Part shown: positions 51,875 to 63,564 of the stretch, in pieces
Position numbering within the stretch: the first letter of the stretch is position 1
Layout of the letters: each line of letters opens with the position of its first letter
Virus record (IMG/VR): IMGVR_UViG_3300045988_125590
Coordinates: 1 to 64,000 of that record
DNA: 64,000 nt
Source of the DNA: a virus
Direction: 5' to 3' (one strand)
Position numbers and translations under genes: made by a program
Notes under the pieces: generated by a model
The model's input: only the letters and a program-made list of their open reading frames with translations
Database searches by the model: none
Told to the model about the DNA's origin: nothing

Positions 51875-52345
51875 ATGGCTATAAATAAAAAATTAATCCA
51901 TTTTCAAAATAAAACAGCATTTACTACAGAATTAAATGCTGGAAATATCCTAGATACTTCTATAGTATTTATAAAAGATACAAAGGAAATCTGGACGCAC
52001 GGTCAGCTTTACTCTTGCTCCCTTACTGAAGAAGAAGTAATTTCTATTATAGAGAACAGTGACTCCATATCTAATCTTACAAATGCATTAAACAATAAGG
52101 TAGATAAAGTTGATGGTAAAAGTCTCACTTCTAATGACTTTACTGATATCCTAAAGACTAAGCTAGATGGAATCGCTGAGAATGCCAATAACTATTCACT
52201 GCCAACTGCTAGTGACACTGAATTGGGTGGGGTTATAGTAGATAGTATTTTAAGTCCTACATCTACAAACCCGGTTTAGAATAAAGTAGTAAAATCTGCA
52301 ATAGATGAAATAGATGGTAAGCTATCTTGGGCTAAAATAAACTAA
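51875..52345 (+). CDS. Paralog-family member 3 (short), TAG-recoded
   Basis: N-terminus ...SIVFIKDTKEIWTHGQLYS; continues past TAG at 52277 to TAA 52343. Confidence 0.4.
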
Positions 52346-52375
52346 TTATAGAAATCTTCCTAAAATAATTATATT

Positions 52376-54163
52376 ATGGCTGAAATTGAACAACAATTTA
52401 TTCAAGTAAAAACAAAGTCCAACTTTGATACTAGACTCAAGTCTGGAGATATTAAAGATACTTCAATAGCTTTCATTGAGGACTCAGATCAAATTTGGGC
52501 CAAGGGAAAGTATTATTCAGCTATTCCCAAAGAAGGTCACAAAAGGCAAATACTAGCATGGAAGGCTAATGGAGAAGCTAAGTGGGAAGATCTAGCAAAT
52601 ATGTTTGCTGGTCTTGAAGAGATATTAGCTTATGGTGTATAGTTTGATATAACTGTAGCTGATCCACATCTTACTCGTATTGGTAACATGTCCTTTCATA
52701 AGTCTCTTCCTATTCAATCTCAATTGAAAGGTTGTATTGCTCAAGGAGGTAAAGTAATCTATTGGTTAGATGAATTTGATTGGAGGTTTAGAAAAGAAGC
52801 TATTACTAAGTCAGTAGAACTAACTGTAGCAGGTAATGTTTATACTATGGTAGCTGATGTATTCAATACTTTACAGTATGATAAATAGTGGGTAAAGGTT
52901 AATGGAGTAGCTTGCCAAATTAGCAGCATCGACACTGGTACTAATACGGCAACCCTTCTTGTTAATTACGATCTTGCAGTTCTTAATCTATAGAGTGGTA
53001 CAAAGTCTATAGAACTAGGAGCAGTTCTGAATGGTTATGATGGTACTGTACGAGTATATTGCCCAGCTTTCTATATTAAGTCTACAGTTGATGGTAATGT
53101 ATCTAAAGTATGGTTGTCTACTATTGAGCTTGATGATACTTATACTTATCAACCAGAAATCTTAGTTGACGCTTACAGAAGTACAGTTCTAAATTCTGTT
53201 CCAGAGAACATGGGATATCTAAGTACTTTACCTGTAAATAGTGCTATCTCTGTAGTAAATACTAATGCATACTGTAGAGGTGGAGCAAATAGAGATTATC
53301 TAGATAAGAATTTAGCAACTGATCCATTCAGAACAGACTTAGGTAAGCCTAGGACTATTATTTCTAGAGCTACTATGAGAGAATACTCTAGAAATGCTAA
53401 CTCTCAAATGTTGAGTTATGACTAGTATAAGAACATATTCTATTGGCTTTATGTAGTAGAATATGCTAACTTTAACTCACGGGAGGCTTATAATGAAACT
53501 CTCACAGACGAAGGTTATCGTCAGGGAGGTATGGGAGTTGGTATTACTTGGATGGATGGCTGGTGGGATTATAATTCAGGCGCTCCACTAACTCCTTGTG
53601 GTTATGGTAATGTTCTTGGAAATGGAACAGGACTTGCAACCTTAACTATTCCTAAATTTACTTGTAGTACTGATAATACTGAAATAGCTGCACAAACAAT
53701 GTCAATGCCAAGATGGAGAGGATTCGATAATCCATTTGGAGACATTTTTACTAATCTTGACGGAATTATAATAGATGCTGACTCGAATAATCATCCTGAT
53801 CGTATGACCTATGTATATACTTGCCAGGATGCTAGTAAGTATGCAGACACTCTTAACGATTCTTATGTTAAGGTAGGAGAGGAAATACATCAGGATGGAA
53901 ATATTAAGTCATTTGACCTAGGAGACGCTGCCCATATAATTCCTAATCGTATAGGAGGTGATTCTACCACATACATTTGTGATTTTCACCTGGCAGGATA
54001 TAAAGACAAGACCTTACGTACGCTTCTCGTGGGCAGTTACGCTCTTGGCAGCCCGATTATGGGTCTCGGTAGCTTCAACTCGAGTAGCGACGTGTCTAGC
54101 GCCTAGACGTATATCGGCTTCCGGTCGGTTTCTGATTTTGTTTCTTTTCCTTCAGGTAAATAA
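52376..54163 (+). CDS. Paralog-family member 4, large (~595 aa) fibre/receptor-binding-like protein, TAG-recoded
   Basis: ORFs 52376, 52688, 53114 and 53531 share one frame, joined by TAGs. N-terminus ...SIAFIEDSDQIWAKGKYYS. Confidence 0.4.
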
Positions 54164-54303
54164 TAGAAGCAAAAAGGTAAAATAAATAAAAGAGAGAAGT
54201 AATTTTAGATACTCAGGTTGGAATAAAAAAGAAGTTGGAATAAAATAATTTTTTATTTATTTAAACTCAATACCTAAGTATCCTGCATAAATTAAATTGA
54301 ACA

Positions 54304-55026
54304 ATGTTTACAGCGATAAAAATTGAATCTACCATTGAGCCTAAAAGCTTTGAATCATTAAACAATGGTATTTGGTATTATAACTATGACGTAGAGAAGA
54401 AAGTAGTTAAGGTCTCTTCTGTGAGGGGAGACGAAATAGAAGAAACAGAGGAAACTAGATATTCTTATGTTCAAGTAAGAATTTCTGGAGAACCTACTTT
54501 ATCTAAGTGCTTTGAGGCGATACTTAGAGCATATAAAGATGAACACAACACTAGCCTTTATGATGTTCTCCTATCAGAGGGAACTAATGACTAGATAGAT
54601 GATATTAATTACAATATAAAAGTTGATTTTAATATTGCTCCAGAAAAGTCACCATTAGATAGAGCTAAAGAGTTAGTGCTTAGAGAGATTGACTAGTATG
54701 ATACGTCTTCTAATGTTAATGGGTTTATGTTAAATGGAGTCTAGGTTTGGTTAAGTAAGGATACCAGAGTCGGACTTATGAACTCTATAAATATTGAGAA
54801 GAATGCTGGAAAAGAGGAATCAGTTTTATGGTTAAATGGAATTTGCATTACCGTTAACTGTGATGCAGCAGTTCAAATGTTAAGCTCTTTGGAGTTATAT
54901 GCATTAGCTTGTTATAACAAAACTGCAGAGCATAAGTTAGCAGTTAGTTAGCTAACTGATGTATCTAAAGTGAAGGCTTATGATTATACTGCTGGTTATC
55001 CAGATAAGTTATCATTTAAGATTTGA
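54304..55026 (+). CDS. Hypothetical protein, TAG-recoded
   Basis: ORF 54304..54594 continues through TAGs to TGA 55024. Confidence 0.35.
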
Positions 55027-55136
55027 TGTCCACTTTTGCCTTATCCTGTTTAATACTATCACTTGCTATATATATTGGATATACAGTATACATTAGAATT
55101 AAATACAAACCAGACTGTATATCATAGAGCTATTAT

Positions 55137-55514
55137 TTGCTTAATAATGGAAATATTTTCACTGCATGTATAGTGGCAATTGCATTTCTTACCTTCCCAG
55201 CGTGGGTGGAGATTAGTCCTATATGTTTTCAATTTCTCCCATTCTTATCAGTAATAGCTTTAGTATTAGTTGGATTATGCCCAAGGTATCTAGGGCAAGA
55301 TAGAATCCCTCATATAGCGGGAGCTAGCATAACTTGTATATTATCCATAGTTTGGAACATAGTTTCTGGAACACTATTAATTCCGGTATTATTGCTAATA
55401 GTATTAATACTTATATTTGCATTCAATGTTAAAGATAAGCTATTCTGGACAGAATGTTTAGCGTTCTTAAATATTTATTCTTCAATAATTATCAAAGCGA
55501 GCCTGGTCTTATGA
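55137..55514 (+). CDS. Multi-pass membrane protein
   Basis: 125 aa, 3-4 predicted TM helices; followed by a hairpin plus T-run. Confidence 0.45.
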   Translation: MLNNGNIFTACIVAIAFLTFPAWVEISPICFQFLPFLSVIALVLVGLCPRYLGQDRIPHIAGASITCILSIVWNIVSGTLLIPVLLLIVLILIFAFNVKDKLFWTECLAFLNIYSSIIIKASLVL

Positions 55515-55530
55515 CCAGGCTTTTCTTGTT
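55495..55530 (+). terminator. Rho-independent terminator candidate
   Basis: agcctggtc-ttat-gaccaggct stem-loop followed by tttcttgttt. Confidence 0.45.
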
Positions 55531-55731
55531 TATATACATATTCCGACTTAGAAATTTTTTCTATTATTTTTAACATTTGTTAACATTATTTAATTTGGAT
55601 TCATTAAAATAAGTTGTAATTTTGATTGTTACAAAATTGTACTAATTTAGTTACGAAGCGCTTCAGTTTAAAACCAGATTCACTTTAGTATTATAGATCT
55701 TTTATTATAACAATCTTCTAAATATAATTTT

Positions 55732-56727
55732 ATGTCTGACAGTAAAGTTTTTATGTTCCCAGAAAATGGAACAAATAACAACGGACTAATATCAATGTTA
55801 GCTCCTCTACTTCAGTAGAGAGGAATAGATCCTAATGTATTGCTTGCCACAAGGAATAATTCTGGCTTCGGAGGAGAAGGCGGATGGTTCATGTGGGTAA
55901 TATTCTTATTCTTCCTCATGGGATGGGGAGGAAATGGCTGGAATGGTTTCGGAGGAAACCGTGGAGCAGGTCAAGTAGGAGCAGATTTAGGAAACTTAAT
56001 TAACAATGATAATGGTCGAGAACTTTTAATGCAAGCTATTCAAGGAAATGGTAACGCTATTAGTCAGCTTGCTACAACCCTTAATTGTACTCTTGGTGAT
56101 GTTTAGAGTGCCATTAATGGAGTTATGTCACAGATTTAGGGAGTAGGAAACCAAGTTGGTATGTCTTCTCAGCAAATTATTAATGCAGTCCAGGCAGGTA
56201 ATTGCCAAATTGCTAGCAAAATTGCAGATTGTTGCTGCGAAAATAGACTAGCAACATGCCAGCAAACAAATACTCTGCAGAATGCAATAAATACAGTTGC
56301 AAATGGACAAGAGAGAGGTTTTTCTTCTGTTGCCTACGAGACACAAAGACAAACTTGTGACCTTAAAGATAGTATAAAATCTGCAGCAGATTCAATCTTA
56401 GCAGGTCAGAGAGATGCAGAGATGAGAGAAATGCAAAATAAGATAGATGCGCTAAGGGAGTCAAATTCTCAGAAGGACGTTGCTATAAATAATGGTCATC
56501 AAACTGCAGTATTCAATCAAATGATTCAGTCCGCAACTGCACCATTAGCTGGTGCTCTAGCTACTTTACAAAGTGATATAAATGGAGTTAAGTGTAAGCT
56601 TCCAGAGACTGTAACACTTCCATATAGTTGTGCGACAGCAGTTCCTACTAATTTAGTTTATGGATATAATCTAGCAAACTATGGATTAGGAGGATGCTCA
56701 TGTGGAAATAACTCACTATGGGGTTGA
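55732..56727 (+). CDS. Membrane-anchored Gly/Asn/Gln-rich protein, TAG-recoded
   Basis: ATG 55732 in frame with ORFs 55840 and 56161. TM segment GWFMWVIFLFFLMGW; Cys-rich segment NCQIASKIADCCCENRLATCQQ. Confidence 0.4.
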
Positions 56728-57555
56728 GAAAGGAGGGAATATGATATTACCTGCTTATATTAATGTAAATATTGGTGGTATCCCTGCACTTCGTTCATTA
56801 TCTGTAACTGTTACATCTTCTAAAGTTCAATATGATTTTAACAATCACAGAAATGTAGGAAGACCTTATCGTGGACTATTAGTTATTAATTTAGCATAGC
56901 CTATTCCAACGGGAACTACTACAACTCTTCCAGTAGTGTTTACCACTTCTGGAGGTAATGAACAGCCACTAGTTAAGGCAAATAATGCTCCCGCAACGGT
57001 AGAAGATATATCTGGAACTGGGATATACTTAGTTTGGTATGAAAGCTAGACTAATACCTTACAATTAATTAATCTATAAAATTTATAATATGTTTTCAGC
57101 TTTGAGATAGGGCAGTGTGGTTTACATCTTGGAAAAGGGAGAAAACCCAGTTCTGAAGGTAGGACAAGTAGTAAGTATAACACAACCCAACTATAGTAGT
57201 AATTTTTTAATGAATGGATCAACCATTGATATTAATGTAAAGGTTAATAATTAGAATATGGACTTTAAGAACGTTCCGTCCTCTTAGTCTGTAGCTAATT
57301 ATAATAATGCTGTTATAACAGAAACAAAAGAATTAATGTCAAATGAGGTTGACAATATGTTATAGAACAGTAGGAGTATTGTGGATAGTGTTACTTATCA
57401 CAATAATATAATAACTTCCTGTGAAAGTATCCTTAAGGAGCTTAATCCTAGATTTGCTAAGGAAAAGGAACGGGACGAAGATATTAATAACCTAAAGGAT
57501 AAAATGGGAGGTATAGAATCTAAGATGGATAAAATATTGGGCCTACTCCAGAAGG

Positions 57556-57804
57556 ATGGAAATAAATAACATTATTGCTATGAAAGGATTTATTGAAATA
57601 AAGGAAGATTCTTATGAAGATACTATTGAGCATCTTCACAGAATAAAGCTACTCGCATGTAAACTTATAAAAATGCTTTCTGAACATTCAGAAGTTTATG
57701 ATAAAGATGACGACTATGAGGACGAGGATGAAGATATGAGAGATAGACGCTACGGCTACAAAGAGTCTATGTCTCGCAAGTCTAAGGGAAGATATAACTA
57801 TTAA
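57556..57804 (+). CDS. Small acidic hypothetical protein
   Basis: 82-aa ORF; terminator-like hairpin downstream. Confidence 0.35.
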   Translation: MEINNIIAMKGFIEIKEDSYEDTIEHLHRIKLLACKLIKMLSEHSEVYDKDDDYEDEDEDMRDRRYGYKESMSRKSKGRYNY

Positions 57805-57810
57805 TAATAG

Positions 57811-57848
57811 GTAGGCGGTGGCAGATTATTTTGCTTCCGCCTATTTTC
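57811..57848 (+). terminator. Rho-independent terminator candidate
   Basis: ggcggtggcag-attattttgcttcc-gcc stem then tatttt. Confidence 0.45.
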
Positions 57849-57858
57849 ATTTAAGACT

Positions 57859-58236
57859 ATGAGAGAGGATTTTACTGAATATGATATTAAACCTGAGGGA
57901 TTTATTAACTACTTAAGGTACTACGGCCCTCATTTTAATAAAAAGTTATGCGAATTTGCATGTAAGCAAATGTAGAAGATGGAATATTCTAAGGAAAAGC
58001 TTGATGTACTATTACAATCCCATAATATCGAGATCCAAAATGCTAAGTTACACGACGCTGTATATGTCGCTAACTGGTGCAGAAATGTTTTCTATGGATC
58101 TAGTATTGCTGATGAGAAGCATTTTGTTCTCTTTATTAAAGACATTTTTGATAAGGAGCCTGATTTCATTTTCAATAGGTGGTACGCAGATATGGCTAAG
58201 TAGGGTATTCCTATAGAATGGGAAGATATGATTTAA
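57859..58236 (+). CDS. Hypothetical protein, one in-frame TAG
   Basis: MREDFTEYDIKPEGFINYL...; ORF 57979..58203 extended through TAG to TAA 58234. Confidence 0.35.
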
Positions 58237-58320
58237 ATAAATGCCTAGTGTTCATTTCGTTTGGACATTAGGCATTTATTGTTTATAATTGCAATATAAA
58301 CTAATTGACAAGAATTTGTT

Positions 58321-58920
58321 ATGGAAACTATTAAAAGTAATTACATTATATGTTTAGACAATGGACATGGGGTAAATACTCCAGGAAAGTGTAGTCCAGA
58401 CAAAAGGCTTAAAGAGTATTAGTATGCTAGAGAGATAGTTAAAAGACTAGAATCTAAATTGAAGGAAAATGGCTACAAGGTATATGTGGTCACCCCAGAA
58501 TAGGAAGATATTTCTCTAAGGGAAAGATGTCAAAGAATTAATAAGGTATGTAGAGAAAATGGAAATAAGGCTATTTCCATCTCTGTACACTGTAATGCTG
58601 CTGGAGCAGATGGTAAATGGCATACTGCCTCAGGCTGGAGTGTATTTATATCTTAGAATGCTTCTCAAAATTCAAAGAAGCTTGCTAAGACTCTTTACGA
58701 TGAGGCTCTTCTACTAAATCTTAAGGGAAATAGAGCTATTCCAAAAGAACGTTACTGGGTGTAGAATCTTGCGATGTGCAGAGATACTATTTGCCCAGCA
58801 GTGCTAACAGAAAATCTATTTTAGGATAATAAAGATGATGTTAATTTTTTACTCTCAGAAAAAGGGAAACAAGCTATAGTAGATGCTCACTATAATGGAA
58901 TTGTAAAATATTTAGGATAA
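58321..58920 (+). CDS. N-acetylmuramoyl-L-alanine amidase (Amidase_3 family) endolysin, TAG-recoded
   Basis: LDNGHGVNTPG, ISISVHCNAAG and NLAMCRDTICPAVLTENLFQDN match the Amidase_3 zinc-ligand and catalytic motifs; ~6 in-frame TAGs. Confidence 0.65.
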
Positions 58921-60869
58921 TGGACTTAGAAAAGGAAATTCTGCAGTTAAAAGCTAAAATATCTGAATTAGAAGCCTCCAAAAAGAATAATCTGTTCGGA
59001 AGTACTTATAACAATGCCGGATCTTCTTCTGCAGACTTCCTTATAAAAACCAAAGGTAAGGTAAAAATACAGTATGGATCCAAATTTATTGATCTTATAA
59101 AAGATGGAAAAATAAATGTGGATGCTAAATTTATATATAAGGAGAAAGAAGTAGGAGTAAAGGACGGTATTTATGTTATCGGAGAGGGAGAAGACAGTAG
59201 AGTAGTTCTTCTTATAAATGGAACACAAATAGATTTAAAAGGAGATGTTGGAACTACATACGTTTCTTTTCTTGGCCCACAGGAAACCTCTTCTGATGGA
59301 AAGCATATAGCTTTAACTAACATAGGTTTTATATATCCAAGTTTATAGGATATTAAGGATACTAGCTTGAAAGATGGTATAATATATATCGAATCTGAGT
59401 AGAAACTTTATATAGTGTAGGGAGGTCAATTATCAGAATATGAAATGTCTATACCAACTCCCTATTCTAAGTAGTTCATAATAGCTAAAGAAGATTCTAA
59501 TGAAGGAGCTTTAGTTATATATGGTGAAGGTATATATAATTCTATAGCCTTTGATTCTTTTCACATATACGAAAAAGATTCTGATGGATGCATTCTTACA
59601 AAGAATAATTTAAAAGTATTAGTAAATGGGAACTAGAAAATGATAGTTAAGGATGATATAATTATATGTTCTAATCCTGTGTCCTCTACCATATTTTAGT
59701 CAATCGGAGCATCTCAAGCTAATGGCTTTAGATTATATGATAATGGAAGCCAATCTACATTAGAAGTTGATAATTTAGTTGTAAGAAATTCTACAGATAA
59801 TAACACTCTACAAACTCTACCTGAGTATTGGTATAGTACTAATAATATTATCAATTCTGCTTCATATTATACAGACGATATCGTGGAAGAGACCGCCTTA
59901 CAATTTACCTTAAAACTCAAATATGCTAATGAGTTCCAAGAATAGGATAAATTAAAGGTATATGCTTAGTATATTCAGAACTCTCTAACAGTACAAGATC
60001 TAATTCCATTAGTAGTCCTTAGCGTAAACAGTGATGATAATTCAATTAGAGTAAAAATTGATCAATCTCAAGTATCTGCGGCTAGTATAGATTAGATTGG
60101 GAGTGATTCTATTATTTCTGGTTTAAGTAATTAGATATTGTTCTTAACAGAAAGAATTGATAAAGCTATTCCAACAGTTAATCATAAAGGATTCGCAATA
60201 ACTAAGGGAGACAAGAAAGTAGTCTAGGCAGGAACCCTAGACGAATTAGAAATAAAAGTAAAGGAATAGGTTGTTACTGGGATTGGACTCTATACTGATT
60301 AGTTATTTTTAAAGAAAGCCTCCTATATTGATACCTATACCCTAGAACCTAACGACAAATCTCAGAACTTTGCCTCAACTGAGTGGGTGCAGAAGTATAT
60401 AAATAATTTATTTCCAAGTGGAAGTATTATAATGTTTAACGGATAGTCCTCGACTATTCCATAGGGATGGGCTATATGTGATGGAAAGAATGGTACTCCT
60501 AACTTAATTGGAAAATTCATAAAGGCTTCTGATAGTTCCGGAAAAACTGGAGGAAACTCAAGAATAGAGCTATCAGTCGACAACTTACCTAAACATTCTC
60601 ATTCTATTCCAGAATTATAGGGAACTGCTATATCTGCTGGAGAACATACTCATACTACAAGTGCTTTACAAGCAACTACTAAAGTTGCTTAGGGAGACGA
60701 AATATCTGTAATGTCTACTGTTACTACTGTAGAGGGAACTACATCATCAAATGGCACTCACACTCATGGTGTAACTATTGAAAGCAGTTCTACTGGATAT
60801 ACAGGAACAGGAACTCCTCTAGAATGGGAACCACCGTATTACTCCTTGATATATATCATGAAATTGTAA
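58920..60869 (+). CDS. Tail fibre protein with C-terminal phage-tail-collar-like domain, TAG-recoded
   Basis: ATG overlaps the amidase TAA. C-terminus PQGWAICDGKNGTPNLIGKFIKASDSSGKTGG...NLPKHSH resembles the collar-domain consensus (P.GW..CDG....YP.L....G...G....LPD). Confidence 0.5.
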
Positions 60870-60949
60870 TTTCAAAATAAACTTTAATATAGTTCTTTTT
60901 TGAAAAGTTAAAAAATATTATATTTACTAATAAACTAAAAATTTTAATT

Positions 60950-62023
60950 ATGGAAATAGGAAATAATGATGACATTGACTTCATCGATGAATTAGACGAT
61001 GAACAGCAATCTAATGAACAAAAACAGGATCCAGGTCCTGATAATCATCAAGAACCAGAGAATCCAGAGCCAAAGGATCCAGACAATACAGACACTCCAG
61101 ATCCAGAGGAAGGAAAAGAGGATGACTTTCTTACCTCTCTTCTAAAATCTAGAGGAATTGAAGATAAATCTAAGATTAAGTTTGCAACAGAAGAAGGTGA
61201 TGTAGAAGAAGTAGATTGGGATAGTCTAAGCAATGAAGACAAACTTAACATTCTTAGTTCTTCTGAAAGCACCCCTGAAAACGGCTTAGATGAGTCCGAA
61301 ATTCAACTTATAAATGCTATCAGAAATAGCGGCATGAGTCCGTCTGAGTATCTTCAATTTATAGGAAATGGCGAAGTTGAGCGCTACATTCAAAATTCTC
61401 AAGAGCCACAATATGAAATTGACGCATATTCAGATGATGAACTATTTCTCATGGACTTTATGAGCAGAATGGGAGAGGTAACTGAAGATGAGGCAACCGA
61501 AGCTTTAGAGAGGGCTAAAGCTAATGAAGGTCTGTTTAAGAAACAAATAGAAGCTATTCGTAACGAATATAAGCAAGCGGAACAGGAGAATCAAATGCAA
61601 GCACAGCTTGAACAAGAATAGATTGCTCAATAGCAATATGATTAGTTTTCTGACTAGATTGTAGACGAAATCAACAACCTTAAGGAGATTCAAGGATTTG
61701 AGTTAAATATGGAAAATAATGATATGCAGGAACTTTATGACTTTATTACTGGTCGAGATGCTGCAGGAAATAATTATTTAGCCAAAGCTTTATCAGATCC
61801 TCATGTCTTAGTTAAGACTGCATGGTTAGCTCTAAATGGTGATCAAATGGTCAACGACATTACAAGCTATTTTCAGAAAGAAATAGCAAGTGTTCGTAAA
61901 GAAAGTTACAAGAAAGGAGTTACCGATACTCAAAAGAAGATGGAGAAAACTGATAATGTTGTATTTAAGGATACACACACTAAGCCATCAAAGGAAATAT
62001 TTGATGACCTTGATGAACTTTAA
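60950..62023 (+). CDS. Acidic coiled-coil protein, scaffolding-protein candidate, TAG-recoded
   Basis: ORFs 60950 and 61709 share a frame and are joined by 4 TAGs. Highly acidic; lies immediately upstream of the capsid-like gene. Confidence 0.4.
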
Positions 62024-62053
62024 TTTTTAAATTAATCTTTATATTTTAGTAAT

Positions 62054-63483
62054 ATGTTAGTTGCAAATTTTACAAGCAGAATCCCTACAATGGGTTAGAC
62101 AAAGACATACGAGGACTGGTCTAAGTACCTCGGAAGTAAACCTCATCGTATCGGTGTAGTTGCCCGTATGTACACAGATAATACTCTTAACTTCATTACT
62201 GATGGTTTGAGAAATATCTTCTACAAGGATGAGAAAGCAGACCAATTCCAACTTTCTAGTTCACTTTTATTTGAGTGGATTGTGGAAACAAATAATATCA
62301 AGAAAGTTGAATTTGCAGAAGTTCCAACTGAAACAGGAGAAAATGGAACAGAAATCACAATGGCATTCAGAGAAAATTATTATCAGAAGTATGATATTTT
62401 CCGTATTGATAAGACAAAGCAGCAATGTCAAGTAGTAAGCCGTCCAATTAGGAAACGTGACGATTATTGGGAAGTTCAGGTACGTCTAATCGACAATGAT
62501 TACGATACAATACTTGATACTGATGGATGCCAGGTAGGTGACACTACTACATTCCAATCTGTAGCTATGCCTGAACTATCAGAGGAAGGTTACTCAAAGT
62601 TCCAGAGCCAAATGGAACGTCACCGCAATTTTATGACTACATTCCGTGCAGATGCTAGCTGGTCTAGTTTGTATGCTATTCAGGAAAATGTATTCATGAG
62701 TATTGCTGATGATAAGGACCAAACCAAGTCTGAGGGTGTATATAAGATGCTCAAGAAAGAGAAGGAACTTCTTGACACATTTATGTATGCAATGAATACA
62801 GGTCTTACATTCAATAAAGGTAATATTGATGTAAACGGTAAGGCTACTATTTCAGAGCCAGAAACTGGACGTCCTATCTATATTGGTGAGGGACTTATCC
62901 CTCAAATTGAAGCTGCTGCTAATAAGTATTGCTATAGCAATAGACCTAATCTACAGCTGTTTAACATGATTATGTCAGATATGGCTGATAAGGCTTAGTC
63001 TGATACAGGTAATAAATTTATCTTCATTGTTAACAGGAAGATGTGGAATGACCTACAAATGACTCTTGGAGAGTATCTTGCTAATTATAGGACTGATGGT
63101 ACTTATATGTATTCTAAGTCTGCTAACAAGGGATTAGGTGGATACGTAAAGGTAGGTGCTACTTTTGATACTTATGAGTATGCAGGAAACCAGGTAAGCT
63201 TTGTAGTTGATCGTGCATTGACTCGTGAATATCCTGCAAAGGGATATGGTGTATGCATCGACCTAACTGCTGATAAGACTTCTGGTACTCCAGCTATTGC
63301 TAAATTCAGCTTGACTGGTAAGGACTTCATGACTAACAAGATTGTTGGTGTTGGAGGCTATGATGGAAAGAGTTCTGGCGAAGTTGCTAGCAACGTTGCT
63401 GGTTCTAAACTTGTTATGATGGGTTATGCAGGTGTTGCTGCATTTACTCCTTATAGAAGTGTAATCGTAAGAGAAGCTTAATA
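62054..63483 (+). CDS. Major capsid protein candidate, TAG-recoded
   Basis: ATG 62054 through ORFs 62168 and 63041 (same frame, 2 TAGs), ~475 aa. No SD. Followed by a strong hairpin terminator. Family not verified. Confidence 0.4.
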
Positions 63484-63508
63484 AAACTTATAATAGAGGT
63501 TAGATTGA

Positions 63509-63548
63509 CAGGAGGAGCCGTAAAACCCTCCTCCTGTATGTTTTTAAT
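63509..63548 (+). terminator. Rho-independent terminator candidate after the capsid-like gene
   Basis: caggaggag-ccgtaaaaccc-tcctcctg stem followed by tatgttttt. Confidence 0.5.
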
Positions 63549-63564
63549 GATAATATGAACTAAT

